A DNA stretch of 64,000 nucleotides from Phoronis australis (Eukaryota > Animalia > Phoronida): assembly GCA_002633005.1 (NCBI GenBank), contig NMRA01000623.1:62001-126000 (forward strand), read 5' to 3'. The notes beneath the pieces are model-generated. The model was not told the origin of the DNA and did not search any database. It was given only the letters and a program-made list of their open reading frames with translations. Within the stretch, counting starts at the first letter, position 1. Every line of letters starts with the position of its first letter. Positions 38,701 through 51,192 of the stretch are shown here, in pieces. The translations under genes and the position numbers were made by a program.

Positions 38701-41700
38701 CAATCGTTTTAAATGGGGACATGGCTTTTAAGGAAACATCTGTCGTTCTCAAACGTTTGACGGAATCGACGTAATAAGCATGAAACCATGCCAAACACTA
38801 ACTGGTAATGCCGGATATAAAGAAAGTCACTTCAAATAAGTAACTGTCAGTTAAAGAACGACGAGGATTTATGTAATGTTGCCGATGTAACCGCTCCACA
38901 GTGATATGTTTTGGCATAGCAACATGTCATTTTAGTACTAGGATAACGAAGGATTATTCTTGGTTAAAGCGGCTCATTTTTTGCCAATCCGATATTGATA
39001 TTTTCCCTATACCTGTGGTCCCTGCTCTGTTCCTTCGTCCAAAGGGTTGCCAACAAGTCTTTTGCTCGCCATTTCACGACAAATCCGGACAAATTCGTCG
39101 TGAATACCTTCTTGGACGAATGTTCTAGAAGGTGAGTAACACATCTGACCGGAATTTGTCATGACGGCACCAAACGCGATATTCGCTGCCATGGAGACTG
39201 TAGAAAATAAATGTGCTCAATTGAAAATGACGCGGCATTACAAGGGTATGCAATCTTACTTACTCATACACTGCACGGGCGTTCTTATTGTCAGCGCTCT
39301 AGTCATTAATTCAGTTCCTTTTCCACGAATATGATTTATTTTCTGCAACTGGGAATATATGCGGTTCGTGAAAAAAGAAATCTGTTTCTAAGAATAGAAC
39401 TGTTGTACATGACAAGGGGAATGCAATTCGTGAGAAAAGAATGCTGGTAATGAGAACGCCCGAGGGGTTGGTTAAGAGAAATATTTGCAACCTTCACCAA
39501 ATATGAGACATAATGCAATACAAAAATTATAACATCTAAATGACCAAAAAGATTAAGTAACTATTATTTTCTTTAAAACCAAACTTACGGTCACTGTCGT
39601 CAAATATAACTAGTGGACTTTTACCGCCACATTCTAGACTAACTCTCTTCAAGTTTGACTTTCCAGCAGCTTGCAGGATGATTTTTGAAACCTGTAAAGC
39701 CCATAGACCAGTAAACGCTAACAGTTACTACAAACAGAGGTTGAAATTTTCATCGAAATGTTTCAAAGGAATGACCCACATAAAAAGCAACTTGACTTAA
39801 ACAAAAACGTGCTTTCTTAGAACTGAAATTTGAATATATTTGCAACTGCACATTTCACGTATTATAATGAGGAACACCAAATGTTAAAACGCTAACTTCA
39901 AATGAAACATTCAGATGTTACGAGGCATCCGCAAGAGATGATATTGCGGTATAGTCTATCAGGTTTGGTAACAGTTTTGGGAGTTGCATAGTTTGTATTG
40001 AATTTGAATTTGTTGATGCTCGCGAACACGTTGTTAATGAGGAAAATAGCCACCTTACATAACATTTGACCAATGCAATGTACCGGCAGAGGAATCTACG
40101 ACGATTTCAGGTAGCACTCGACCCATTTTTGTAATCACGGGAGAATTTCCCTTTCAGCTCTTAGTGATGGCTTAAGGGTTGTGTATTGAAAAGGCAGAGG
40201 TGACTTTGGTATGAAAACCGTCAGCTTTGCATTTTGGGAGCCCCTGAGGACGTAGAAAGTCTCAAAATTTGTGATAGAGAGTATTAAGCTTCTGTGGTCA
40301 CGACCAGTTTTTGAAGAGAAATGGTCATATTTTTTTCATTCTATTCGGAAGCTTTATAGTAGACAAAACGCGAGGAATTTCGTGACGTATGGACTCCAAA
40401 ACAAAAACCAGCAAGAAGGTCATGTATGCGTGGGATGGTGGTACAGATGTTGCTAAAATATGTGTGCGGGTTTGTGCGGGTGAGGGAGAGGGTTACAGTC
40501 GTTTCCAGTATTAATTTCAGGACGATTGTGCACCTGTCAGTAAGTGCGTTAGTTCGTCAAATGTTTTACGCTCCGAATTCTACAATTCCTTAAGACAAGA
40601 GTGGGAATGACGCATGTAGGTTCGTTACTGTAATTCCGTTCAAAGCTCGCTGCGGTGGGTTAATGGGTGAAATGAATTTTGGAATCTATTTTAAGTTTTA
40701 TGATGAAATGACCTCTAATGGTCAACGCACTGTGTCATCCGACGACTGAGACTCACTTCAGACGAGCCGGTGAAGGCTATTTTATCCACATCCGTATGCT
40801 CAGATAACGCTGCCCCGGCTGTTGGTCCGTAGCCAGGGACGATGTTGATGACGCCAGGTGGGAATCCGGCCTGAAGGAGCAAATAGTATCCATTGACATT
40901 TTATGCATGAAGATTCGTAGTCCAGTGAGGCCTTTGATCCACCGTAAACACATTTACAATGTATTTTACTGTACTTAGGTTGCACGTTTTCCGTTATGCA
41001 AAATTGGTTAAATACACGACATTTGTCGTTGTTGACTATCTTTATTCCATCATCCGTTCGTATCCTCGGAACAAAGTTCGATCATTCAACACAACATTGG
41101 TAAAGTAACTGAGCAAGAGACATGATTAAAAGACACATGATTATTTCGAAACATACTTGTTTCATTCTCAATTGGAAATAAAATGACGCCGTAATATTAC
41201 CACAGAACAAAAGCTATTAACATACACACCTGTGAAATGCTGCAAAGAATGACGAAGGGGTAACAGGAAAGTCACGCAAACAAGTATAGCGTGCGGCGCA
41301 ACCCTGTTTGTTGCTCATTCGTCGCACCGGTGTGACCAGAAAGGTATTTCGCAAAAAGGTTATGTCCAATAATTACCTCTAGGACGAACACACCATTAAG
41401 AAAATCATCAGTACGTTTAGAAATATCGTGTCTCTTCGTCAGTTACTTTACCAATGTTCTGTTGAACGTCGAACTAATTCTGATACCTTCCTACTCATCC
41501 GCAGGTTCAGCGATGCTTTCACAGCGCACGTTAGATTGCTCTAAAGCTTACAGTCTTTAAACGCTTAGATAATTTGTTACAGGTGACTTGAAAGCCCAAG
41601 AGGCTAGGGATGTATTGTTCTCTCATGTCCACTAGCAGTGTTTCGTATCAGTATCTATGTTGCTAATTGCAACTAGTTCCTGTATTATATTACCTCAATA

Positions 41701-44700
41701 GCGTAAGCACCAAAAACAAGTCCACAAAGAGGAGATTGTTCCGCGGGTTTCAACACTAAGGTATTTCCACAAGCCAACGCGGGGGCTATTTTGAGTACAA
41801 CCATGCCTGTGGGAAAGTTCCACTGAAAATAATAACTAGATATGTAAACGCACTTGCCAGCACAATACGTCACATTCACCTAAAAACTAACATGTTGTGT
41901 GGTAACTTTGAAAACCTGTGCAAGGGAAATAAATTAACACAAGGATACTACTAAAATAAAGTGATACTACAGTCACGTGACGGTGAAAGGAAAAAACAAA
42001 CAATGAGGTGTTTATCAAATAGCCAGAGTGTAGAGACGTCAATTACTGACCGGAAATTTGTTTTATGGAAACAAAATTACTGGTATGCAACACTTTGTTA
42101 TAATTCTTCAGATGTTAATTATAATGTCTAAAGCATTGCAAATCCGTAGTTTGTCACACACACATACACACACTCACCGGGGTTATACCGCCGCACACAC
42201 CGATTGGTTCCCGCCTTTGGTAGCACAGTGTATCGCCTTCTGTAAAATATTCAAGCAAATTTTTAACGTTATTAAAAATACTCTTCCCATTTCTTTTCAA
42301 AACTATATGATAATGCAAACAGTTTCGTCAAATCTGTGTACTTTCAAACTCATATTTTTTCAAAGCGTACGATATTCAATGTAGAATTTTGAAGTTAATC
42401 TTTAAATTTCGGGGGAGTATCAACGCAATGACCGGCGAAGAAAATGACAGGTGATTTTTATTTTATAAAATTCGAAAACTGAAACAGAAATATGTGTCTG
42501 ACTGTTTTTTTAAAATATTATCCTAAAGATAAATCGAAAGATATCACGTAAACTGAAACATGTCAATTGGTCGTAGGCGTCAACTTGGCTACTTGTTGGA
42601 GCGTTTCTTTGTTTTATTGTAATTTGACGAATTCCGTAATCCTTGGAAAATTGGTGGGTCAAGTTCCCTTGTGACCCCTACTTCCACCGCCTCTCAGTTA
42701 TGGCCGCGTAAGGCACTAGACGACTACGGCGAATTTTAAATCCCACACCCGATGGACGTACCGCCCTGGTTTCTTTGATCTCGCGCAAGTCTCAACTTTG
42801 CCTGATTTTCTGTTGCGAAGGTCATGCGCGCACCCAGCCTATAATACGGGGGGCTCGAATTTCCGATGGTGTGGACTTTTTATCAGCATAAAAGCCGACG
42901 GACTAAAAAAACGGGGTACCACGTCCAGAGCTGTGAATTGTGCGTTTGCGCCTTCTCAGTGGACTTTTTGTCTCGTTCTCTCGGCCGGCCTTTTTGTTTC
43001 TCAGAGGCGGACCTTTTTGTCCACTTCGCCCAATGGGGGGGCTCGTTCGAGCCCCCCCCCCCCCCCCCCCCCCCCNGGCACAGCAGAGGCAGAGTGTCAT
43101 TTTCCCTAGGTTTGGTTGGCTCGTGTTACAAATCAACGTAGTCTGGATTTACTGAAACTTCGTGTGTACCTAGTTTTGCGTTATCATTAGGAGAATTTGT
43201 CTTTATTGTAAACAAATATCCACAAATCGTTTTTCAAGCATCAAAATTGACCCAGAAATAGTAAAGTTACTGCTTGTCCTAGCTTTAAATCTGAGTCTTC
43301 AAGCGCACTGTCCAAATACACGTGGCTCACAAAGAACAAATAGCTGCTACCAGTGTAACTGTTATGGCCTAAAGCGAGACATTTGAGGACAACTTTATGT
43401 AATCTGTGAGGTGATGACTTAGTTATGATTCGCGCACAGTTATAGTATCAATGTTTCGCCTAATGATTAAATACCAGCTGGTAGTGTCAGTCCCTGTATC
43501 TTATCGGACCATCCAGCGTAGTAACGCAGCGTATCGATACACAGTTGGACTTCTCCTTTGCCAAGGTTCACGGGCTTACCCATTTCCAAAGACATAAGTC
43601 TCTGTAAAAATAACATATATGAAACTGTATCATGAGGGTCAATATCAATTGCAAATTATTGACTTCGAAATATTGTCCGCTGGTAGGTTTATAACTCCAC
43701 GATCTATCTTGACCCAAAAATTACCACCAAATAGTCAGCGTCACGTTGGACCAAATCAGCCATCCTGTCCAGAAGTCGACCTCGGGCAGACGCCGCCATT
43801 TTTCGCCATGGTGAGCCGCGCTTGAAGGCATCTCTTGCCGCCGCTACGGCCTTGTCAACGTCTGCCTGAAAACAATTTTGTGGAGAATTATCAGAATTGA
43901 ATAAAAAGTAGAAATGTGTGTGTTTTGACGGACGATAACAATGATTTAAGTCAGTGCTGGTGTGATGCCAAGTTTGTATACCTGCAAAGTTGATTAACCA
44001 ATTCACTAAGTGGTCTCATCCTTGCAAACCAAGAACGTAGGCTATTGACAGCACTATGGCACCTGCAACATTACTCATCACTCCTTCCATGATTGATTTT
44101 TTTTCTTTTTTTTTCCGATTAAGTTTTTATATTTTCTCTAGCATGGGTATTTACAATTTACACGAAACAATAAACAATACAGTATACAAGTACATTAGTT
44201 GCAACAGATTATCGTCAAGTATCACAATTTGGTATACAGGACAGAAATACAGATACGTAAGAAAAAAATCAAGCCATTCTCACCCTCAACATACACGCCA
44301 CACGCACCCGCCCCCCCAACTTACTCTTAGTAGGATGTTGTCAGGCAAAAGTTATGGTTAACCAGTTTCTCCAGGTTGAATGGTATTCATCTAAATTACC
44401 ATTATTTAATAAAATCCTTCTTTGAATATAAAATTCTCTTTCTAATATCTTAAAGAACTGACAGAATCTGAGGATTATTTTTTTACACCTGGATAGGTAA
44501 ATAAAATGTTTTAATTGCAAAAGTATCCAATTTAAAACTTTATTTTCATTACTTATGGGCATCCCAAAAAACATTGTTTTTTTTGTCAATAACCATATTT
44601 ATACCTTTTACCAACAACACCCATCCATGATTTATGATAACAGGTAAAATGATTCAACTAACTGTCAGTTCTATCAAGTAAAAAGTCAGACAATAATGTC

Positions 44701-45658
44701 ATAGTAGGTTAGGCCTATTTAGCTTCGATATCCCATTGTACACTACCTTCTCTCAGGTCAGATGGGATTTGAGCTTTAAAATTAAAACAACTAATAGTTC
44801 TTCGTTACCTGGCACTTCGAGCCTAGAAATCATTTCTAATGTGTCAGTAAGGAATAAGCTAAGACCAATTTTTAATGGTAAATGGTTTGAATCAAAAGTT
44901 AGAGTTCGACTAATTCTATGACAACTAGACTGCATCCCATATCTAGCTATTCGTACTTTGTCGCCTTCTTGTACCCGACATATCTCCTCTTCAGTAGACG
45001 GGTTGATGTCAGCGAAGGTTTTACCACTTGTTGAATTCACCCATTCGTTATTGATGAAGATCTGCAAGTAATGCACAAAAGGCGGACTTTTGGTTGCAAG
45101 AAGCAAAGAGTAGTGACTTAGTCAACGTTTATAAGGACTTTATATTAAATGTGGAAAACGACAAATCCGGTAACAATTTTCGAAAAGTACTTAACTGAAT
45201 AGATAAAAAATTAACACTCTTCATTCTATTTCGTCCTCGCACAAGGTCTGAGGGGCCACCGGGCATTGCCCAGTGCTTGACCGGCAGCCTGTATATCATC
45301 GGACCTAACCAGCTAAGCAAGTAGTGCTGGTGGGTCAGTTGCTTCATCATGGTGGTGACACAGCAGTCGACTGGGAGATTACTGTTTGAAATTGAAGGCC
45401 ACCCAACCGACTACTTCCGAAAAAACACCAACAAGTAGGTTTACTATAGGCCTATAAGTCCACAGTACCTAGCCTAAATTATTTCCGGCTACAGACAGAG
45501 AAGGGAGTAGGTCTATACGCTGACTCCTCGCGGCTACAGAAGCGCTGACTGTAAACTGCAATTACTGAATTCATAAGTTACTAGAAGCATTTAGAAGCAT
45601 AATAGCATATCAATCAACAAACTTGGGTGTGCTTCACCGTTGGACTCGGATATGTCAT
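35747..45658 (-). CDS. ALDH1: Aldehyde dehydrogenase, ALDH1/ALDH2 family, cytosolic ALDH1A (RALDH-like) type; 13 coding exons, about 488 aa
   Basis: Exons: 45658-45623 ([12 protein letters not shown]), 45061-44957 (IFINNEW), 43865-43725, 43601-43475, 42239-42178, 41822-41694 (WNFP...KPAEQSP), 40870-40757 (FTGS), 39691-39589 (LECGGKSP, catalytic Glu), 39197-39013 (GQMC, catalytic Cys), 38657-38493, 36486-36329 (EIFGP), 36104-36030 ([13 protein letters not shown]), 35813-35747. Total 1467 nt, all GT-AG, phases consistent. No mitochondrial leader is visible. Exon 1 is less certain than the rest. Confidence 0.93.
37008..37184. mobile_element. Short MITE-like element (CAGTGGCGGAT-type end; a related end occurs at 33111)
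   Basis: Starts cagatggcgaaatttgcaggg and ends cccttaaatccgccactg. cagtggcggatctagg at 33111 begins another GC-rich patch. Confidence 0.45.
37864..38118. mobile_element. GC-ended MITE, family with TIR CATGCGCGCACCCAG
   Basis: Begins catgcgcgcacccag and ends ctgggttcgcgcatg. Internal sequence is shared with the copies at 42823 and 50112. Confidence 0.75.
42823..43076. mobile_element. MITE of the CATGCGCGCACCCAG family, right end lost at poly-C/N (43076)
   Basis: Same left TIR and internal gggggctcgaatt...gtggact...gggggggctcgttcgagccccc as the 37864 copy. Confidence 0.7.
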
Positions 45659-48210
45659 CGTTCGTACGCTGAGCCTGAAAAGATTGCGAAGTGGAAAGGG
45701 CGTCTGATGTTCTCATCAAGCACTTGGCAGAATAGGCGTTACGTCCACTCAGGTCAAAGATATCTGTTTGAGTGGGTCACGCCGTCACTGAGATTAATTC
45801 TTCGATGATCCGTAGACTTGGCAGCCAAGTCAGTCCCGTCAATGATACTATAAAATCTTTGCCGGGCCCCGCTAAAATAGTCTGCAACTATGCAGTATCC
45901 GTCGGTACATGAAAACGAGGGCAATTGAAGCCTAGTATAGGCCTACGTTCAACACACGGGAAGGCTGGCTACTTTTCATCCGTGAGTTACGCAAGCTGGA
46001 GGTTCATAACCCGGCCGCCCTCCGGCAATCTCAAATCTCCGGTCTCTTACGATTGCAAGTCAGATTCAAGGTTTCGCAGTTGAGAGCTAACATCTACGCT
46101 CTCTGCTCACGCCTGTAATGATTGTGTGCGTGTGAACAAGTTAACCAGAAAAAGACCAATGGCTCAAATCAAAAATTTCAGTGCAGACGGAACGCAACCG
46201 CTTTATGAAATCCTGCGCACCACAGTGCTATGATGGCGCAAGCACGTGGCTAGGTCTGCGTAAGGATTTCTTTCGGGCATATATAGGTGACTGGCGTAGC
46301 TAGATGGAGATTCAAAAACAGGCCGGTGTGTGTGTGTGGGGGGGGGGATGCACCGCATAGGGGCTGACGGAAATCGGAAGGTGGTTCAGGTAGCACTAGA
46401 TGCAACTAGTGACGAACGGCGGGGGAACAGGGGTAATAAACGGTCAAGGGTTCAAAGCCCTGGGAACTAACATGTCATGCTCGATCGATCGCCTTCAGCG
46501 CAGTCGCACAAAATATGATTATATTAATTTAGTAAGCATCACAAGCCCGTAGCCCACGGAAAAGGTCCAGCCCCAGCCTATCCGTTAGAAATAGGCTATA
46601 TAGTAATGGACAACAACAACGACAACAACAAAAACAACAACTATTACAACAACAAAATTGTTGCAGCTACTGGTATAACTACATGCATAACTAAGTTAGA
46701 CGAATTTGGTTCTGATTCAAAGCGCTTCGCTTAATCATCGGGCTCTACCCGGCCCCAGGGCCCAACTTCGCCCGAGTCATGGTGTTTGCGCAGATGACAG
46801 GATCCAGCGTACGTACGTAGAGCCGGAGGCTTTATGTCATTCATTGGCATTAAACGTGAGTGGTTGCTACACCATTATCGTCGATATTATCGTTGACCAA
46901 ATGAGTGAAGGTTACGACGTTAAATTACGTGCCGTAAGTTGATTCTTGTTAGAGGCGTAAAGTAATTATTTACGCCGTAAAGTAATTATTACATTACGAC
47001 GTAAAGTACGTATTTGCGGCGCTAAAGATTGCTTTACGCTGCAAATATTTACTTTACGCAGCAAATAATTACTTTATGCCACCGATAATTTGTTTATGCT
47101 GCACTTAATTACGCCTGTAACAAGAATTACGTTACGCACGTAATTTAACGGCGTAACGTTCACCCATTTGGACAACGATACATCATAAGGTAACAAGGGA
47201 TTCTAGAAATAAATGTCTGTAACTGTTAAGCTTTAAAACAGCGAAATAGCCCTCAAAAAGTAGTGTGTCATGAATTTCTGAAAACCAACCAAGAAACAAA
47301 ACAGCAGAAAATGTGATTGTTATCAGCTATCGTGGTGTACTTGCTAGCATAGTAGGGCAAGGTGCAGACATTTCAAATTTAGAAATGAGAGTGATCGTCA
47401 AATGATTGTTGTCCATTCAGTGTCCACTTTCTGTGTGAATTGGTGGACTGACATGCATGCGGGTGTACGCATGTGTGCGTTTTCATTCTTTGATATTCAG
47501 CATACGCCGACGCAGTCTTATGTCGTTGCTCAAACAACCAGACATTAACTACCGTGTGTTCTTAGAGAAAAGCAAGTCTAGACCTAATGAAACGTTGGTC
47601 AAGTGTTCCTTTGTCCATCAGTGACAATGGTGCACAGCCTCGCAGACTTCATACGAGCAACAAACATGATGCAAAAGATTTCCAAGGTTACGTGTCACTA
47701 TTCCGAAGGTTCACTTCTCGGAAAGTCCACTACTCTGAAGTTTCATTACTCAGACAATATTCATTACTCTGATTGTCTTCTAATGAGTCGGAACTGACAT
47801 GAATGAAATATTGTTTTTGTATCCATTTAGTAACCATTTGAAAGGAAAACTATGCAAGAGTTGAATAGTTCTTCAAACATTAATTACATTGTTTGCAAAT
47901 GAGCTTCGTTCCAATCACTGCCAATCGTGACTTCTTGAATCTAACGACTCAATCTCAAGCAGGGACAAAATCTGGGGCACGGGTCAGGGCTGCGGCGACC
48001 TGAAGACTGAATGGGACTCTCCTGTGAAGACTGGCTGGGACAGGGTAGCATTCTAAGTACATTTAATTTCGACCACATCCGTAGGGTGAGGTAATTATTC
48101 ATCAATGTCCTTAATTCGTATTCTTTTAAAAGGATAGTAAACCCTGTGATGATTTCCACCAATCCTCGTTCTGTCACCTGCTAATGCATCACTGATGTCA
48201 ACCTTCCAAG

Positions 48211-48847
48211 TTAAAAGTATACCAAATCCGGTTTTATCCTATGAACAGATATTAAAAACGACTTTCCCATCCAGTTCTCTGAAACGAAATAATGCTCTTC
48301 TCGACAACCCTCTAAAGCTTTGAAGAAAATCAGAAAACTCCTTACAATTTCTGCTAAAATGGCAAGCGTGACCCACGCTTTTAGCGAGTTACGCGACATC
48401 CGTCTGTGGGAAAGGACCACCCACCAAGGACCATAATGTGCAATTCGTGAAATAATGGGTATGGATTCTTAGTTGATTCCTGCTTCATCTTTCATGATTG
48501 ACGCCAATGATACAACAGCAAGTGAGAGAACGAGACTTGGTTGAAATCATCAAAATAGGGTTTAGAATCCTTTTTAAGGAAGGAATCACGTGAAAACTCA
48601 TACACCCCAGGTCAAAGTTTGGACACTATGGTCCTTGCTGGGTGGACCTTTCCCACAGTTGCCGTGTAATTCGCAAAAAACGTAGGTTATGCTTGGTCGT
48701 TTAGCAAACTTTGAATGGAGTGTTCAAAATTTTCAGCAAACTTTTGAGGGTTGTCAATGGTTACAGGGTATTATTTTGCTTCAGAGAACTGCGGGGTGGA
48801 AAAGTCGATCGGTCAATACGCCAAACAGGGATTTGGTATGCGTATGA
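48211..48847. mobile_element. Foldback / long-TIR MITE, about 235-nt imperfect arms
   Basis: ctgtgggaaaggaccacccaccaaggaccataatgtgcaa (about 48404) pairs with ttggacactatggtccttgctgggtggacctttcccacag (about 48619). Complementarity extends outward to gtataccaaatcc / ggatttggtatgc. Confidence 0.72.
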
Positions 48848-50111
48848 AATTAAAAGTACGCCTACGTTGTTTTCGGTACTGATACATGTAGGCCTACTAC
48901 ACCACTCAGCTCATCTAATAACCGAAGTATCGTTTACGTTTGCATGGAAGAGTATAAAAATTAAACCTGGGTTCGAAAATTTAGATATTTTCGGAGTAGT
49001 GAACGTTCAGAATAGTGTGCTGTGCCCATTTCCAGCGATGTAAGTAACACGCAAAAATACAACCAGATAAAAATTTCGTCAAGTCATTCTCAGACTAAAA
49101 ATTCCGTCTGAGTATGTATGCACGCCTGATTTGGAAGTTCGGCAGGTCGACCATTGCAAAATATCAAAGGTCCAGTTCCAGAAATTCGAACCACCCCCTG
49201 CGCAATGCTGGCTACGGGCCTGTCATCACCACAGCAAACTGAGTGTTCTCACGTTTTGTCATACAGAATTTGCCACTTTTTACCCCTCCCCCCAGATCCC
49301 TCTGTCTTGACCCGCTATCATGATACAAGCCGCCTTCCCCCACCTAGCCTCCACGTAATCTGACAGCCAACGGCCTCTCGGTCGCCGGTCCCTGTTTTTG
49401 ACAATATACCCCAAAACGTAACATTGAAATTATTTATTGTGATATTCCTGTGCCCAAATATAATACGTTTTAGGTAAAATAGTGAAAATTTACATACGTC
49501 AGAGGAGCTATAGTGGGATAGGGCGGGGATAACAAATTGTTTTAATAAGGGTGATCTTTTAAGTGAAAACACTTTCGACTTTATAGTTACTCTGTAGCCA
49601 TTCTTCGACGAACCAACAATCTTTGGAGAGCGAAACTTGAGAGATTGCTGCAAAGTAAGCCGAGGTAAAACAATCATCTGGCATATTTAATGCAATAATG
49701 GAAAACGGAAATTCCGTCGCAACACTGTATGTTAAATTCGTTATTAGCTGCAGTAATATTAAAAACTGGACGATCGCCGCATAAATAAAAAAGTTCATGT
49801 TCAATCAACGGTTCGTCTATTCATTAGATATCACCAGAATCAATTTACAGATGACATCAAGTGCCAACATACAGCTCAGGTAACATCCATAAAGTGAAGT
49901 GAGAGATACAGGGAATAAAGTCAGTAGCATTATAGTTGCAAGGTCACTGAGCTCTGCATATGTTATTCAGGGAATCAGTAGCATGCTGGATGCCAATGAC
50001 TCTTTAATGTACAGTAATTCCATATTAGGTTCTCTGTAGATAATACTAAATGAATTGGCTTCGTGATTGTTGCTAACACAATGCCTATATTGCTTTTCTC
50101 TGAGGTGTGAT

Positions 50112-50332
50112 CATGCGCGCACCCAGCCTTCGATGTGGGGGGGGCTCGAATTCCTGACGTTGTGGACCATTCGCTAACAAAAGAGCGGGAACCTCAGTGA
50201 ATTGCGACTTTGTGCTTATTTAGTGGTCATTTTCTCGGACTTTTTGTCTCTCGGGGGCCGACTTTTTTGCCCACTTCCGCGCATATTGGGGGGGGGGTCC
50301 TTCGATTGAGCCCCCCCCTGGGTGCGCGCATG
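50112..50332. mobile_element. MITE of the CATGCGCGCACCCAG family with perfect 15-nt TIRs
   Basis: catgcgcgcacccag ... ctgggtgcgcgcatg. Confidence 0.8.
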
Positions 50333-51192
50333 GAGATGTTCTTTCAGTGGCGTCTCTGTGTGATTGTAGAATTCCTTACAGTTGTCACATTCAACCTTAA
50401 TAGTGCTATTGTCCAATAAAAATGGATAATCAAACCATGACCGCGCATATATCACTGACCTGCCGCGTTGTGTCACTGTGTTGATCGTCTGTGGTAGGTT
50501 CACTTAGGCAGTGATGCATTGGAGATGTTCGTCTGTGTAGGCTACTTATGAGGTAAGCCTAGTGAAAACGTGATCAAATCTTGGAACCCGTCTTGAAACG
50601 GTGGGTCCCGGTTTTGGAATTAGTCACTTCCGCTAGAAGGTTAACCTCTTTCCCAAGACGTGTACTGTGATGGAGATATTCTAAACCACAAGATGACGTC
50701 ACTACGAGTCTGACCCCGCCCTGTCATAAATCGTGATCTTTTCCAAACCGCGGGCCCTCCCCCCTCGAGTCATGACCGATGATAATAGGTGAACACTCCG
50801 CAGCGCTGAACTGAATTTTTGGAAAAGACAGCAACTTGACGTATATAAACCGCGGCGTCGGAAGCACACTAGTCCGGATCGGAGCAGTGGCATGTTGTCA
50901 TTCAGAAAACATATTAAGAATTCCGTAACAGCCAACGGTAGCGCATGTTGGTTGTACTCTTACAAGACTAACTTACGCCTGTATTAATACAAATTTCCTA
51001 AGACTGAGAAATGACGAATTAAACCTTTCAAAAAATCCTCAACAATTACCAAAAGATAAGAGTTCATGTAATTTTTGTAAGCGTTACAGTATTACCCTCA
51101 AGTTTATATACATAAAAATAATTGCAAGCCACTAATGTGAACATATTGCACTGATCACCTGGAACCATTTTTATGCTCTATAAATATATGGT

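Noticed and set aside
45129-45350. ccaccATG ORF ([10 protein letters not shown]...) as ALDH first exon
   Set aside because: No convincing phase-0 donor. The exon at 45658-45623 gives an ALDH-like PTVKHTQ|IFINNEW junction instead.
47941-48180. Exon-like stretch with a cAG acceptor (ORF VTERGLVEIITGF...)
   Set aside because: No recognisable homology, no partner exons, and other frames contain stops.
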